Assembly (NCBI GenBank): GCA_002269645.1
Contig: NIVC01000286.1
Coordinates: 62,001-126,000 of the forward strand
Direction of reading: 5' to 3'
Length of the DNA stretch: 64,000 bases
Source of the DNA: Macrostomum lignano
Lineage: Eukaryota
Part shown: positions 61,234-64,000 of the stretch, one piece after another
Numbering within the stretch: position 1 is the first letter of the stretch
How the letters are laid out: the number at the start of each line of letters is the position of its first letter
Position numbers and translations under genes: made by a program
Notes under the pieces: model-generated
The model's database searches: none
Told to the model about the DNA's origin: nothing
Seen by the model: only the letters and a program-made list of their open reading frames with translations

Positions 61234-62867
61234 TTCTCTCTCTCTCTTTCTCCCTCTCTCTCTCTCTTTCTCCCTCTCTCTCTCTCTCTTATCTCTCCTC
61301 TCCCATCTATCTTCTCCTCTCTTCCCTCTTCATTCTCCTAATTCCTCTTCTCTCTCCCTGTCTCTCCTCTCTCCTCTAGTCTCTGTAATCTCTTCTCTCT
61401 TATCTCTCCTCTGTTCTCTCTACTCTCCCATCTCTCGTCTGTTCACCCTCATCTCTGCTCTCTCATCTGTCATCTTTACTCTCTTATACGTTCTCTCACT
61501 TATCTCCTCTGTACTCTTCTCTTCACCTCTTCTGACTCCTCTCTTTCCTTACTCCTCTCTTCTTTTCTCTTCTTTCTTCTATACTCTCTCTCCTCTATTA
61601 TTTTCTCTCGTCTCTCTGCACTTTCCTCTCACCTTTTTTATCTCTCATCTTTACTCTCTCATCTCTCATTTAATCTGTCTCATCTCTACAATCTCATCTC
61701 TCCTTTCTCCCCTCTTCTTACACCCCTCTCTTATCTCTATCTCGTCTCTCTGCACTTTCCTCTCACCTTTTTCATCTCTCATCTTTACTCTCTCATCTCT
61801 CCTTTAATCTGTCTCATCTCTACAATCTCATCTCTCCTTTCTCCCTCTTCTTACACCCCTCTCTTATCTCTATCTCTTTTCTTCTCACTCCTCTCTCCCC
61901 CTCTTATCTCCTCTCTTCTCTATCCTTTCTACTCTCTCCTCTCTAATCTCTCCTCTCCTCTTGACCCTCTGTCATCTTCTTTCTGCTCTCTCATCTCTAC
62001 TCTCTTCTCACTCTTCTCTACTCTCCTCTCATCGATCCTCTGTCTCATCTCTCCCCTCTTCTCACATTTACTCTTTCCTCTCCCTCCTTTCTCCCCTCCT
62101 CTCGCTTCTTCCTCCCTTCTTCTCTGCTCTCTCCTCACCACTTGTCTCTCCTCTTATCTTCCATGTTTTCTTTATCCCCCCTCTCGCCTCTCCTCTCTTC
62201 TAATAGTCTATTCCTTCTCCTTTCCACTCTCATCTGGCCCGCACATAATCTGGATTCTTTATCTGGCTTTTGAAGTAAAAGTCTGCCGATCCCTGCTTCG
62301 AAAGCCAGTTTGTGGGACGTACTACTCTCATCGTTGTTCTCATGCTTTGATCACGTCATCTTTCTTGCCAATTTGCAGCCCTGAAAGGAATTTTTATATT
62401 TTCAGCTCCACTGCAGTCTGCATCAGTCTAACAACCAAGGAAATACGCATTTCTTAGGAGGCCATTTAAAATTTACACACTACTTTTAAAAGAAACCTAA
62501 AATTTCCATGGGTGTGCCTAATTTAGTAGGGTTTTATTGCATTGTGCATTGCATCGCATCGCCTTTTCATAAATCTTTCGCTTTTACAAACCGCTTTTCG
62601 CTTTCGCTTTTTTGCTGGATTCCCTCGATTTGCCAATTGCCATCCACTGTTAAACTGCTGCAGAGTTTGCCAATACAGAGGAGGGGAGGGCAGTGATTAG
62701 AATTTCTCACTAATTAAACTGTTATGGCTAAACGTAGCCTCTCCACTCTCGGGTGCGAGAAGGCTATAAAAAAAGTTATTCCAAAACACTGTACATTCGC
62801 TATGTACATTGAGCCCTATCGCCTGATCATTCGTCTGGGGGAATGAGTTGGATGAGCGGCAAACAAC

Positions 62868-63145
62868 CCTATTGCAGCGCATGGCTTAAGTACGCCAGAC
62901 GCCTACACAACCTGCGCCACGCTGTGAAATGACTTACCTGTGAAAGAAACCCTAAAGCAAAATTAACGCAGTTTTGGGTAAACGGCAGGAGTAACTATGA
63001 CTGTCTTATCAAGCGTAAATGCCTCGGCATCTAATTAGTACCGCGCCGCGCCGTACTAATCGCTGCTCGCCGTACGCGCCGCGCCGCGCTGTATTAGATC
63101 CGCGCCGGACGCCGTCCGCCAAAATGCCCATGCGCTGCAATCAGG
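62868..63145. mobile_element. 278 bp MITE present only in the right arm, carrying the 28S-like cassette (copy D at 62976-63041)
   Basis: TIR cct(g)attgcagcgcatgg versus ccatgcgctgcaatcagg; TSD gcaaacaac at 62859-62867 and 63146-63154 (9 bp, or 7 bp if the TIR is one base longer); empty site at about 49313-49321. Confidence 0.9.
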
Positions 63146-64000
63146 GCAAACAACAGAAAAAGCAGACAAACTTCACATGCTTACAGTTTCTTTTTCGGTT
63201 GAGTTAGAGTTGAAACTTTACATTTAGATAGAGAATGAGTCAATGAAGAATTGTGTCAAGTTTGAAGTCAATCCCTTTACGTGGAGCAAACTTATGGGAG
63301 CTGAAAGTTAGTCAATTTTGAAACCCTTTTACACATCTGGGCCCAGATCGGTATCGGGAAAGAGAGGCAGGCGGGCGGAGGTTGGGGTGGTTGCTACGCT
63401 GAGAAAAACAGCCTAACTTTAAAAGTGCACAGCGGCTTTCAGGATTAACTTTGAGATTTGAAATTTTATACAATTGTGCCAAAATAGTTGAAGATTGTCT
63501 GTGTCAAATTTGAAGAGAATCGGTAGAAGTGGAGCGGCGCTATGGAGGATTTAGTGAAAAAATCGCGCATTTTGAGCAGTTTTTTGTACTTTTAGGTAGG
63601 AAGACTTGAGTCTAGGAAGTTAAAAGGTAGCCTAAGACATTCTCCGTAGTAAGTTTAGGGTGGGTGTAAAGTTTGGTGTCATTTGGTTGAGCGGTTTGGG
63701 AGTCCATAGCTATCAAAATTGTCCACACACAGACAGACAGAGTTTTCATTTTTATATGTAGAGATAAGATGTTGAAACCTATAGATTTTGAACTCTGGGA
63801 ATTCTAATGCTTAGAAACTATTTTTTGCCTATGTTCTAAAATCTAAAGTCATACACAAACAAAAACTTGTTAATAGTTAGGACTTTTTAGTATATAGGAT
63901 AGAGATTGAGGTAAACATAGAATTGAATAAAATTGTGTAAAATTAAGATTTGTAGCAAGCATTGATCTCATTGGCTGGGGTGCTGCATAGAATATCAAGC

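Larger units (their letters stand above)
57384..64000 (+). repeat. Right arm of the large inverted duplication (runs off the window)
   Basis: Near-identical reverse complement of 48466-54773, apart from small indels and one MITE insertion. Confidence 0.95.

Noticed and set aside
25983-63041. Possible rRNA genes
   Set aside because: Only 55-66 bp degenerate fragments with no flanking rDNA; reported as a repeat cassette instead

Overview
Eukaryotic (animal) genomic DNA, not prokaryotic. It has GC-rich exons with GT-AG introns, AT-rich spacers, and introns filled with private minisatellites; this architecture and the TTAGGG-type repeat suggest an invertebrate such as a Macrostomum-like flatworm (inference). 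I reconstructed the genes by hand, checking splice phase at every junction. + strand: a prominin-family gene (7 exons, 5674-17830, 5' part outside the window) and a complete 5-exon Caprin-1 gene (21684-28539, 588 aa). - strand: a candidate 67-aa single-pass membrane microprotein (29571-29774), a complete 11-exon MTHFD1/C1-THF synthase (33195-52744, 933 aa) and the last exon of a D-amino acid oxidase. The right quarter is a >6 kb inverted duplication around a 54-N gap; it repeats the DAO last exon and MTHFD1 exon 1 on the + strand, and one arm carries a MITE that the other lacks. Mobile elements: nested 8-bp-TSD DNA elements, a deleted mariner with intact TIRs, a CORE-type tRNA SINE, a 5'-truncated RTE-like LINE, Helitron-like units and two MITEs. 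The best leads are: (1) four dispersed copies of a 28S rRNA helix 69-71 cassette (the R2/I-PpoI target region), two of them inside unrelated MITEs, with the cleavage core as the most variable part; (2) complementary (TCTG)n and (CAGA)n arrays bracketing two prominin micro-exons; (3) the MTHFD1/DAO palindrome.
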